In this document: one piece after another, positions 11,701 through 19,987 of the stretch
Layout: every line of letters begins with the position of its first letter
How positions within the stretch are numbered: the first letter of the stretch is position 1
The notes under the pieces: generated by a model
What the model saw: only the letters and a program-made list of their open reading frames with translations
Database searches by the model: none
Told to the model about the DNA's origin: nothing
Source: Candidatus Iainarchaeum sp.
Lineage (GTDB): Archaea; Iainarchaeota; Iainarchaeia; Iainarchaeales; DTGL01
Assembly (NCBI GenBank): GCA_026413945.1
Contig: JAOAJX010000003.1
Location: 32,001 to 96,000 of the forward strand
Reading direction: 5' to 3'
DNA length: 64,000 nt
Made by a program: the position numbers and the translations under genes

Positions 11701-11910
11701 AACTTGGCCAGTGTCGGCCCTACCTGAAGGGGGGCTATTAGGATCTTGCGTGTTATTTGTACCTCCCCTAGGGCCATCTTGGCCAGTATCGCCACACCCC
11801 GCAGGACCACAATTAGCATTAACTAGTCTAAAAATGTTTGGCTCGAAAATAAGCGTTAAAAACAGCATCACAAAAAAAATTTTCCAGAGCTTTCCCGAAC
11901 AAATAAACAT
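8719..11910 (-). CDS. Large cell-surface protein (signal peptide, Gly/Pro/Thr-rich head, Ig-like/FN3/PKD repeats, C-terminal TM anchor, cytoplasmic helical tail)
   Basis: EGTHEIGFYSVDNAGNEE Ig-like repeat, FN3-like LSKLDSGTTYYYKI, PKD YVWDFGDG, TM near C-terminus; paralog at 46406-50074. Confidence 0.75.
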   Translation of the reverse strand: MFICSGKLWKIFFVMLFLTLIFEPNIFRLVNANCGPAGCGDTGQDGPRGGTNNTQDPNSPPSGRADTGQVTPTPGTTTRDTNTRPSGGANTDKNPPITTININPSLWYKIPVGVELSCVDESGCAATYYCYDKANTCTPEKRGNYFSIRANDCPEFICSFYIRYYSEDSANNKGNVGAVFLRVDGKAPTTSYLGPSSGSIVQGKAEITLSCTDEGSGCKEIRYSVDGSSVRVYSEKIVISAEGTHEIGFYSVDNAGNEELGKFIRFTVSNADQIFAIRNVKVKDITQNSAKIAFETGTNAEVMLYYGTAKGSLGSSVKSSGLLHDILLSKLDSGTTYYYKIVASAFGKTISFDGEFSTIGSLLGIKLQNVWSSYDSALISWSTSIEANCQFSYGIDMALSIAMANSKAGLMHETNLLGLEPNKRYVFEIKCSSGKESAGLSGEFYTLSSAKPSIVKIEVFKVMPDETIEPYTYSVEEGELLKFVATIVGGSGKRYVWDFGDGVAVDGFIEDSEKGFLGVKQIEAYYSFAKEGEFEVKLSLYEPVSNEIIGDKVVSINVRKSLISFVLLEPKGVLNKSDKFQIKISLRDANGNELKGSYANVYFGSQNIGGVLKDGIVTATFVPQKCAVKNAEFISLKLIVPENGRPKHYSRVFLVRFEPCKLKTVSGFGRKTFYIGDSIANGALAFAIEGSKAEYPISYLRAKLVGSSFSKVLDFNLFRNSASVEINHKVSFKDINGLSIHVFGNDVFGNEANDIVPIKVEPRNPDFYIEPFALPEKLYLLREEKIILKIGSAKYLKGTISIKCSNSKSTIDEIMKYDQDNDLHSYVILLPADFSGNVLDCEFYAYANDRNAVDLLTHRFHVVSTLKIDFISPSKQNSGFSFRPEKIVIEVSYADGAKIGWSELKGKITIDGVQRDAVFRRDNGLYVAELERPLDFNAHNIVVSIESPLKGSGELFVKLSWVPGAFEIGSLLLAVLLIAIGFYLVTRVAFKIKDAKAKLVAEKQSIVAFMKKTKAEYFKRHLSEREFKEKYEAAERKLKALEHKIRNKDYLRFWHRRTGTGAN

Positions 11911-12171
11911 AAAAAAATTAAATCTTTTCAGGTTTATAATACTTTTCTCTTCTTTTATGCTAAATTTGATTTGCTTAATAATAAGGATTTTTGTTTTTTT
12001 TCAATTAAAGAAAAAAGGACCTTATTTGTTTTTATGTTGTGTTGGCCAAAGATTACCCGGCATAGAATACATATATTGCTTTGTTAGACTTTTTAAATCA
12101 AAAAACTAAACTTTTTAGGTGGATAGTAAGCATATTTAAGAGTTTCTATATAAACTATATATAGTGATCAG

Positions 12172-13557
12172 ATGAAGTCTACCATCTTTTTTCATATGTG
12201 CCTTTTTTTAATATTTGTTAGTCTCTTAAACAATGTTGCCTCTCAGTCAACCGCTCCTTGCAGAAGCGATTGGGACTGCAGGAGCTTAGAATATTTTGTA
12301 AAATTAGATAAGAATCTATGCATAGGTGACAGAAAGTTCTATGATATGCGCACTGATCCTCTACTCCCGTGGGCACCATCAGCTATTCAGGACTTAATCG
12401 GCAAAAGGTACACAATGTATATACAAGTAGGTTATATAGTGCCTTACGTATGTAACATAACGAAAGGGATCTGTGAAATGGGCCAAATAAAAATTTTTGA
12501 TGAGTCTCTCATAGGAAAAACTTACTTCGGTTGTAAGTATGGTTGTCTAGACACCCCTGTTGAAAAAAGTGGCAAAGTGTGGTCTAACTTCTGCGTGTGT
12601 ATGCCGGGGCAAGGCAGAACTTTTTGTGATCCGGAAAAGAGTCGGCACATCTATTATGAACAGCATTTGTGGAATTGTGAAAAGGAAATTGATATCGCAA
12701 CCAGATGTGCTATTGGTTCACAATGTGGTAGAACTCCGACTGGTGGTTTTACTTGCACAGAGATAAAAGGAATTGATCCAATGAAAAGTGATGACCCAAG
12801 ACTTTATAACTTAATTGTTCCAGAGAATTTGTCTAGCGGACCAATAAAGGTTGCTATAATAAAAAATAATCAAATTATTGCAGAAAAACCAATAAGTGAA
12901 CTAAGCGCTTTAGAATATATCAGCAAATATGGCCCATTAGATAGCTCACAAGCATACGCATTTGCCCAGCAAACAGGCTTAACAAGCATTGCAGAAAACT
13001 CTGCAAACTATGGTTCAATCAGCACATCAACAAGCAGCATGGGCAATACAGCGAATGTTAGCTCAAGCAGCTCCTCATCTGGCTCAAGTTGGCTCTCTAA
13101 AATAGCTTCTTTCTTCGGCTTCGGAAGAAAAAGCACAAATACAGCAAGCTCAACAGCAAGCCAATACGCTAACACCTACTCAACTTCTTACTCAACCACA
13201 TCATCTTATGCAAACACTTACTCAGCAACAAGCACATATAGTTCTTACCCGAGAACATATTCTGCTTACACAACTAATTACTCTAACTATGCAACCAGCT
13301 ACACAGGCAATTATGGTTATTCTGCTTACTCTACTACATATCCAACATATTACTCAAGCTACTCAGCACCAAGTTACTCAGCCACAACTTACTCCACTTA
13401 TTCACCCTATAAAACTTACTCTTACCCAAGCTATAATTATTCTAATTACGCAAGCACTTACTCAAACTACAGTTATCCCAGTTATAGTTACTCTTACAGC
13501 AACTATAGTAACCCATACCTGAAATATTCTTACAATAGCTACTCTTATCCTAGCTAA
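12172..13557 (+). CDS. Secreted protein with Cys-rich N-terminal domain and Tyr/Ser/Thr/Asn low-complexity C-terminal tail
   Basis: Signal peptide, about 14 Cys in the first ~200 aa, then poly-Ser, amphipathic WLSKIASFFGF and a Y/S-rich tail; TATA-like element upstream. Confidence 0.75.
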   Translation: MKSTIFFHMCLFLIFVSLLNNVASQSTAPCRSDWDCRSLEYFVKLDKNLCIGDRKFYDMRTDPLLPWAPSAIQDLIGKRYTMYIQVGYIVPYVCNITKGICEMGQIKIFDESLIGKTYFGCKYGCLDTPVEKSGKVWSNFCVCMPGQGRTFCDPEKSRHIYYEQHLWNCEKEIDIATRCAIGSQCGRTPTGGFTCTEIKGIDPMKSDDPRLYNLIVPENLSSGPIKVAIIKNNQIIAEKPISELSALEYISKYGPLDSSQAYAFAQQTGLTSIAENSANYGSISTSTSSMGNTANVSSSSSSSGSSWLSKIASFFGFGRKSTNTASSTASQYANTYSTSYSTTSSYANTYSATSTYSSYPRTYSAYTTNYSNYATSYTGNYGYSAYSTTYPTYYSSYSAPSYSATTYSTYSPYKTYSYPSYNYSNYASTYSNYSYPSYSYSYSNYSNPYLKYSYNSYSYPS

Positions 13558-13599
13558 AGCAAGAATAAAACCAGTTTTCAAAAACTTTTTATCTTTTTA

Positions 13600-14283
13600 T
13601 TATAATTTTATAGTTTCGCCAAACTTTAGGTTTTTTGCCTTTGAATTAACTACGCTGTCTTCAATTTTCTCCTTGAATTCTTTTGGTGAGGCCTTAATAA
13701 AATCAAATGTGTTATAGTGCATAGGAATAGCTATGTCCGGCTCAATAGTTTTGACGAGCCTCACTGCATCTACTACATCAAGCGTCATTTGGCCGCCAAT
13801 GGGCAAAATCAAAACATCTGCCTTTATCTTGTTGAATGAATCCATCAAGAATGTATCGCCCATATGAACAATCGTAGTATCTGGTGATTCTATTTTGAAT
13901 CCCAATGGGTAAAAGGAGTTGGGGTGGTGCACATGAAATGCTTCTATGCTTATATCATCTAAAATAATCTTTTTGCTTGGAGCTATTGCTTGTTTGCAGG
14001 TAAGCGGCGCTTTTATTTCATTGAGCAAACTGTCGTGCGCAACGATTTTGCAGTTTTTATTTCCAACAACGCTTTCTATAAAGTCCTTATCGAAGTGATC
14101 AAAATGCTCGTGTGAGATAAGTATTATATCAACGTTCTTTAAAGTTTTCTCAGAGATTGGGCATTTTGTTTTTGCATTTATCTTTATTCCTTTAGGTATG
14201 TTAAAAAAAGGGTCTATAAGAATTTTACGATCTGAACAACTAAGTTCGAAGAATGAATGGTGAAGATATCTCAGCCGAATCAT
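13600..14283 (-). CDS. Metallo-beta-lactamase-fold hydrolase (UPF0173/UlaG-like)
   Basis: ILIDPF, SHEHFDH, HMGDT, LPIGG, IPMHYNTF; start ATG 14283. Confidence 0.9.
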   Translation of the reverse strand: MIRLRYLHHSFFELSCSDRKILIDPFFNIPKGIKINAKTKCPISEKTLKNVDIILISHEHFDHFDKDFIESVVGNKNCKIVAHDSLLNEIKAPLTCKQAIAPSKKIILDDISIEAFHVHHPNSFYPLGFKIESPDTTIVHMGDTFLMDSFNKIKADVLILPIGGQMTLDVVDAVRLVKTIEPDIAIPMHYNTFDFIKASPKEFKEKIEDSVVNSKAKNLKFGETIKL

Positions 14284-14405
14284 TGGTACCAAAACATAGA
14301 AAGAAAAAAGGATTTTTAAGTTTGTCGCCAAAAAAAGCGGAAAATACCTGAAAAAACCCCATTATCCGAAAGTATTATAATTTTAGGATCAGTTATTATA
14401 ATATT

Positions 14406-15224
14406 ATGCGCGCACTCGCAGCTGTCTTTTTAAGCGCTTTTCTGATAATGCCTTTCGCGATCAGCGCATCTGTGCTCCGTTATTCTGTTGGAGATCACTA
14501 TATTTCAGTAAATCTTGACGAGGAAGGCAATGCAAAAATTACAGAACGTTTTTACTTGGCTTTTAAGACTCAAGAAGATATTGATGCCTTTACAGCAAAA
14601 AAGACTTTGCTTGGAAATGATATCAGTGAGTGGCGTAAGTTTGACCCGAATTTCACATTCCATATCGGCGGCGAGTCTTATGTTAAAAAAGAAAGTGTTT
14701 CTGTTTTTCTGAACAAGGAACAGCAGGACCATGTTCTAGAGATTTACTATGAGCTAAAAAACAAAGCTGTTGGCATTGTTTCAGAGGAAAGCAGAATCAT
14801 AACATATAAAACAAGCAATTGGATTTTCAATCCTTTCATTAAGGGGGCTGATTATGTAATTCCAGAAGGCACTTTCATAACTATAAACCTTCCAAGGGAT
14901 GCTGAAATAATTGAAAGTGATGAAATATTCAAATATGCGCTAGTTGAGAAATCCCCCCCAAAAGTGAAGCTTCAAGGCCTTATTTCAACAGGAAATTTAA
15001 GCTTTAGATATGTTGTGATTAAAGGAATTGCACCACAAATAAGCGTTTCCATATTCGTAAAAGGCCTAGCCGATATTATAAAGGAAAACGCATATATTTT
15101 TGGCTCTTTTGTAATAGCACTATTGGTGATTTCTTACCTGCTAAAAGATAAAATAAGCAATTCACTAATTGGTTTTCTGGTTAAGTATACTGATTTCTCG
15201 ACAGATGAGGCCGAGCAAGACTAA
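14406..15224 (+). CDS. Exported protein with C-terminal TM anchor, function unknown
   Basis: Signal peptide, beta-rich ectodomain, C-terminal TM and short acidic tail. Confidence 0.7.
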   Translation: MRALAAVFLSAFLIMPFAISASVLRYSVGDHYISVNLDEEGNAKITERFYLAFKTQEDIDAFTAKKTLLGNDISEWRKFDPNFTFHIGGESYVKKESVSVFLNKEQQDHVLEIYYELKNKAVGIVSEESRIITYKTSNWIFNPFIKGADYVIPEGTFITINLPRDAEIIESDEIFKYALVEKSPPKVKLQGLISTGNLSFRYVVIKGIAPQISVSIFVKGLADIIKENAYIFGSFVIALLVISYLLKDKISNSLIGFLVKYTDFSTDEAEQD

Positions 15225-15232
15225 ATCTTGTC

Positions 15233-15745
15233 TTAATTATGTTCACTAAGTTTCACTCTGCGTGAACTAAGCCTTATTCCACAATCAGGGCACTCATTGT
15301 TTCGTTGCTTTTCAAAGAATTTTTTTTTGCAAACAGGACAAAACCTTTCAAAAGAGATGCTTTCCTTAATTTTTCCTTGCACCGGTGCCAAATATTCAAC
15401 ACTTTCAGTAAGCAGAAAATTTTGTATTGAATAGTCATCGGTTACAACGAGAAATTGCTTACCTTCGTTTTTAAACTGCAGCGCCAGAGCAATTACGCTA
15501 AGGTCTGCTTTGCTTAACCTTTCAAATCCATGCCTTTTTGCCATTTTCTCCGCATCTTTAATGTATTTGTGCTTTGGCCTGTAAACTCTGAGTATCTTCA
15601 TTTTAAGGGCATTTTCAGCCAAAGCCTTTACCTCAAAACTCTTCAACTCGTGCAGAACCTCTAATGTACACGCATACTTATCTTTTTTCGAAAAAGAAAA
15701 ATACGGGTTATTTATAATTGCAGAAGCATCTAAAAGATAAAGCAA
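15233..15745 (-). CDS. nob1: NOB1-family PIN-domain rRNA maturation endonuclease with Zn ribbon
   Basis: LLDASA, LSKADLSVIALA, TDDYSIQN, CPVC...CPDCG; TTG start after GGTG. Confidence 0.9.
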   Translation of the reverse strand: MLYLLDASAIINNPYFSFSKKDKYACTLEVLHELKSFEVKALAENALKMKILRVYRPKHKYIKDAEKMAKRHGFERLSKADLSVIALALQFKNEGKQFLVVTDDYSIQNFLLTESVEYLAPVQGKIKESISFERFCPVCKKKFFEKQRNNECPDCGIRLSSRRVKLSEHN

Positions 15746-15762
15746 ATCAATGCACCATATTT

Positions 15763-17001
15763 TTAACTGCTAAAAACTAAAACTTTGCCACGCGAAAGCT
15801 TGAATTTTTCAGAGCTTTTCTTTTCGTTTTCATTTTTCTCAAATTTTATTGTATTCCTTTTTGGATCAACTTCCACAATCTTTCCAAGCCATTTTCCAGA
15901 AGTATCATAAGCAGGCAAACCTATCATGATTTTTGTTGCCTTTCTTGTAATGTCTAAAACATCAGCCAACTTAAAAGCTATGAGCAAGAGAACAAAACAA
16001 GCCATTATTGATAGAAGCATAAAATTAAGGTCTTCATTTCCAGCTATGACCAAAGTTGCTGCGTCCGCAATTATCCAGACTACTAGCACAGATGCGATAT
16101 ATAGTGTGTCCATTCTAAGCATGTATGCTTTTTTGAGATGTAAGTGATCCGCAATTCTACCCAAGCCAACGCAAATAGCAGCTATAGCAAAGAAAAGATA
16201 AGAGCCTTGAACAGCTTTTAAGTACTTGCCGCTATCAAAGAATGCAATTGGGTCAGAAATTGCTGCCTGGGCTATAGTATATATGCCCAGAATAGCTATT
16301 ACCAAGCTTCCAAGATAAAAAAGAAAAGATGTTCTTTGCGGAGATAAACTTCTGATAAGTTCCCTGTTCCACTTTGCAATCTTTACTTCTATGCCAAGCC
16401 CTTTCATAACTAAATAAATGCCAACGATGAAGAAAACACCTCTAATAAATAGGCCTTCAATTTCAAGCGCCAGAGTTATTGCATAGAATAAAAATATTAG
16501 GCCAGGTATGCCAAACACAATTCTTGCAATATACGGGTCGCTTAAGGCCTCTTTTATTGTATAGTATGCTGACTCAACTTGCTTTGCCTGCTTAACGATA
16601 ACAACTTCCTTTGAAATTATTTTTGAGCGCGAATTAAGTATTGGAATAACCTGATCATCTTCGGCCCCATCTGTTACCAATATAATGCCTTCAAAGGAAT
16701 ATTGTTTCTCAAGCTCATCAAGCTGCTCATTTAGCTTCTGATCTGATTTAATGCCAGATTTACCGTGACCTGTTATTGTCACAACCTCAAGATTTTCAAA
16801 GTCTTTTTTAATTTCATCATACATTTTTACAGCTGCAAAGATGCAATTTGCATCACTCTCAGTTGGATCTGCAAGAAGAAGCTTCTGTGCAGCTTCTATA
16901 TTTTTATCTCTGCCTATGACAGGCCCTTCCACGCGTGCCTTTCTTCCTAAGTCATTGTCTCGGTCAACACAGAGAATGATTGTAGAAGGTTTCTTTGACA
17001 T
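15763..17001 (-). CDS. DUF373 family membrane protein with C-terminal PRC-barrel-like domain
   Basis: LCVDRDNDLG, DPTESDAN, TDGAEDD, VIVKQ; several TMs; C-terminal IGLPAYDTSGKWLGKIVEVD. Confidence 0.85.
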   Translation of the reverse strand: MSKKPSTIILCVDRDNDLGRKARVEGPVIGRDKNIEAAQKLLLADPTESDANCIFAAVKMYDEIKKDFENLEVVTITGHGKSGIKSDQKLNEQLDELEKQYSFEGIILVTDGAEDDQVIPILNSRSKIISKEVVIVKQAKQVESAYYTIKEALSDPYIARIVFGIPGLIFLFYAITLALEIEGLFIRGVFFIVGIYLVMKGLGIEVKIAKWNRELIRSLSPQRTSFLFYLGSLVIAILGIYTIAQAAISDPIAFFDSGKYLKAVQGSYLFFAIAAICVGLGRIADHLHLKKAYMLRMDTLYIASVLVVWIIADAATLVIAGNEDLNFMLLSIMACFVLLLIAFKLADVLDITRKATKIMIGLPAYDTSGKWLGKIVEVDPKRNTIKFEKNENEKKSSEKFKLSRGKVLVFSS

Positions 17002-17106
17002 TACCACCACATTAACTCCTTAATTTTTAAAGATTACTTATTTAAACATTCCACTTCTAAAATAATAGTAGGTGCACTATTATTTATTTTTTGCCCCCGT
17101 GATATT

Positions 17107-18081
17107 ATGGAAGGGAAAGAACGAAAAAAAGAGCGTTCTTATGCTTTAATTGCGTTTATTCTGCTTTTAGCCTTCATAATATATGCTAACAGAACTTCCT
17201 TAAGCGAATATTATCATGAGTTTCCCTGGCTTTTTGTTGTTTTATTTGTGCTTTTCTTGTTTTTTATGGCAGGCCTATTCGGGAAAGCTTTGATAGAGCT
17301 TAGGGAATACGAGCGTGCCGTGATACTTAGATTTGGTAAGTTCAATAGGGTTGGGGGCCCAGGCTGGACATTGGTGTTGCCTTTTATAGAGTCTCACATA
17401 CTAGTTGACCTTAGGACAAAAACTCTAGATGTTGAAAAGCAAGATGTCATAACGAAGGACTCTATAGAGGTAAAGATCGACGCAGTTATCTATTTGCGTG
17501 TTAAGAAAGACAAAGAAAGTGTTGCAAAATCAGTTCTTGAAGTTCAAAACCTAGAGCAAGCTTCACGCACATATATAATGGCTGCGCTCCGTGATGTCAT
17601 CGGAGCAATGGATTGTGCAGATCTAATCTCAAACATAGAAGCAGTGAACACCTATCTGCATGAAACGCTATCTGAAATAACAAAGCAATGGGGGGTTGAG
17701 GTTGTGGCAGTGCAGATAAAAGACCTAGATTTACCAGAACCGATACTAAAGGCAATGCATGAGCAAAAAGCAGCAGTGCAAGAAAAACTCGCTAGGCAGC
17801 AACGCGCAGAAGCACAAAAGATTGAAGTTGAAACAATAAATCAGGCTGCATGCAGACTTAACGAAAATGTTCTTAACTACCTCTATATAAAAGCCTTAGA
17901 AAAGATTTCTGATGGGCAAAGCACAAAAATTTTCTTCCCAGTGCAATTCACGGAGCTTGCACAGGCAATTTCAAACAGCATCGGCTCGAAAAACTCTAAC
18001 ATTGAGCCCCTGCTGAAAAAGGCAATTCAGCTTAATCTGGAGAAAGCAATAAAAAAGGCAAAAAGAAAAGGCAAAAAGTAA
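17107..18081 (+). CDS. SPFH/band 7 (stomatin-like) protein
   Basis: EYERAVILRFGK, VDLRTKTLDV, QDVITKD, WGVEVVAVQIKD. Confidence 0.93.
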   Translation: MEGKERKKERSYALIAFILLLAFIIYANRTSLSEYYHEFPWLFVVLFVLFLFFMAGLFGKALIELREYERAVILRFGKFNRVGGPGWTLVLPFIESHILVDLRTKTLDVEKQDVITKDSIEVKIDAVIYLRVKKDKESVAKSVLEVQNLEQASRTYIMAALRDVIGAMDCADLISNIEAVNTYLHETLSEITKQWGVEVVAVQIKDLDLPEPILKAMHEQKAAVQEKLARQQRAEAQKIEVETINQAACRLNENVLNYLYIKALEKISDGQSTKIFFPVQFTELAQAISNSIGSKNSNIEPLLKKAIQLNLEKAIKKAKRKGKK

Positions 18082-18088
18082 GTATAAA

Positions 18089-19027
18089 CTACATGCGAAT
18101 TATCATAAATGCAAGCACCAAAAGATAAATGAGCGAAAGAGAAAAAGCAAAAAGATCATAACCCACTTTAGAGGCGGCTTCTATTGCTGCACCTACAAGA
18201 AGCGAAATGACTGCTGCTGCAATTATTATAAAAGAGTCGATCGTTATGCGTTCAATCTCCTTTGTGAAAAGCTTTTTTCTCGTAACTGCAACAGATATTA
18301 AGGCCCCGCCTATTGCTCCTAAAAAGTAGCCCATAAATTCAGGGACACCATGCGGTATAAGTCCCAAAAACTTGAAATGGTCTTTTGCCATAATTGTTTG
18401 GCCAACCCATGTTCCAACAACGCTTGCGTTCCAGCCTATTAGGAAAATAGCGCCCGCGCCAAAGACAAAAGACATTATGAGCGCCACAACCAAGACCCCA
18501 AAGTTGTTTTCAAATATCAAGGAAAACCAATAAAAGAACTCACCAAAAGTCGCCTCTTCAGAATCAACAGCTTTTCCTGTTTTGGCAGCAACGTTTGCAA
18601 CATAATCAAGCGCTTTTTGCTGTTCGCTAAAAATATATCCCTTGTTGGGTAGATAAATGCAACTTTTTGAGCTACACACTAAAGCATAATCACTCTCAGG
18701 AAGCGTCAAATACAGAATCACATACCCCGCAATTACGCCCATGGTCATATAGGAGTAAACTTGTATTAGCTCAACGTTTCTCTCAAAGAATTTCTCACAA
18801 AGCACAGGCACACGAGCTTCAGCTTTTTCTTCTCTTAAAAGGACATTGTGTATCAAAGGCATAGAGGCTATTGTTATGAATGCAATTGCAAGAAGACCGG
18901 CATTTTCACCCCTAAAAAAAGGATATATTATAAGATTGGAGCAAACGCTTACCACTAACCCAAAAAAAAGCATCAGGTAAGGTTTCTTTATTACCTGCTT
19001 GCCGCCAAGTAGCGCTTCTAAAACCAT
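18089..19027 (-). CDS. Stage II sporulation protein M-like (DUF95) membrane protein
   Basis: IFENN, WNASVVG, IPHGVPE, AAIEA motifs; multi-TM. Confidence 0.85.
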   Translation of the reverse strand: MVLEALLGGKQVIKKPYLMLFFGLVVSVCSNLIIYPFFRGENAGLLAIAFITIASMPLIHNVLLREEKAEARVPVLCEKFFERNVELIQVYSYMTMGVIAGYVILYLTLPESDYALVCSSKSCIYLPNKGYIFSEQQKALDYVANVAAKTGKAVDSEEATFGEFFYWFSLIFENNFGVLVVALIMSFVFGAGAIFLIGWNASVVGTWVGQTIMAKDHFKFLGLIPHGVPEFMGYFLGAIGGALISVAVTRKKLFTKEIERITIDSFIIIAAAVISLLVGAAIEAASKVGYDLFAFSLSLIYLLVLAFMIIRM

Positions 19028-19130
19028 TATGGCACCTTAGAATATTTTAAATATCTTTGCAATGCTATATTGAATATAACATTGTTAATTTATTAGGTTT
19101 ATGCTTTTTTTATTTCTTATGGCGATAAAA

Positions 19131-19688
19131 ATGAAGCGCATTGTTGTGCCAGGGGAAGACCTAGCAGAAGTTGAAGAATTTATCGAAGGCGAAAATACTT
19201 ATCAAGAGGGTGAAAAAGTTCGTTCCGCTGTGGTGGGATTTGCAACTTATGACAGCAAAAGCCACGAGGTTAAGGTTGTGCCCGACAAAAGGGTAAAAGT
19301 TTTCGAGATAGGCACAAAAGTTATTGGGCAGGTTGTTGCCTCCAGAAAGACACGCATACTTGTGAATATAGCCCCAATAGAATGCAATGATGAAAGAATT
19401 GTTCTGCCAAAAACGAAGGCAACTCTTTTTGTTTCAAAGATTGCTGACAGGTTTGTTAAGGAAATTAGTGAAGAGTACAAGATAGGCGATATTATTGTTG
19501 CTGAAATAGATGACATAAAGCCATATGGGCTTTACCTTCGCACCAACAAACCCAACCTTGGTGTTTTGAAAGCTTTTTGTTCGCGTTGTAGGTCACCTTT
19601 ACACTACAATAATGCTAAGCTTTTGTGCAAGAAATGCGGCTCAATAGAGCATAGAAAAATAAGTTCGGAATATTCTATTAGGGATTAA
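19131..19688 (+). CDS. csl4: Exosome complex RNA-binding protein Csl4
   Basis: VVPGEDL, S1 domain, LGVLKAFCSRC...CKKCGSIEHRKIS; precedes rpoL. Confidence 0.93.
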   Translation: MKRIVVPGEDLAEVEEFIEGENTYQEGEKVRSAVVGFATYDSKSHEVKVVPDKRVKVFEIGTKVIGQVVASRKTRILVNIAPIECNDERIVLPKTKATLFVSKIADRFVKEISEEYKIGDIIVAEIDDIKPYGLYLRTNKPNLGVLKAFCSRCRSPLHYNNAKLLCKKCGSIEHRKISSEYSIRD

Positions 19689-19711
19689 TATATGTTGCAT
19701 GAGGTGTTTTG

Positions 19712-19987
19712 ATGGAGATTGAAATTTTGAGGATGGAGAAAGATTTGCTCGAATTCAAAATGAAAGGTGAAAGGCACACTTATCCACAGCTTCTGAAACA
19801 TTATCTTTTGAAGAATCCAGACGTCGCTTTTGCAGCTTATAAACTTGAGCATCCTCTTAACAAAGATAGCCTATTCATAGTGAAAGTAAAGAAAGGCAAT
19901 CCACTTCAAGCACTAAAAGATGCAAATAAAGAGATAATCGCTGAGATTGATGAGTTTGAGCAGAAGCTTAAGGAAGCCCTTAAATAA
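19712..19987 (+). CDS. rpoL: DNA-directed RNA polymerase subunit L (Rpo11)
   Basis: GERHT, VAFAAYKLEHPL; SD GAGGTG. Confidence 0.93.
   Translation: MEIEILRMEKDLLEFKMKGERHTYPQLLKHYLLKNPDVAFAAYKLEHPLNKDSLFIVKVKKGNPLQALKDANKEIIAEIDEFEQKLKEALK

Noticed and set aside
13208-13522. Alternative-frame Thr/Gln/Leu-rich ORF in the Tyr-rich tail
   Set aside because: By-product of the low-complexity, G-poor sequence; no separate start signals
13160-13557. Resemblance of the tail to the RNA polymerase II CTD heptad or to a CRISPR-like array
   Set aside because: No fixed period, only one YSP, no repeat-spacer structure, and the protein has a signal peptide
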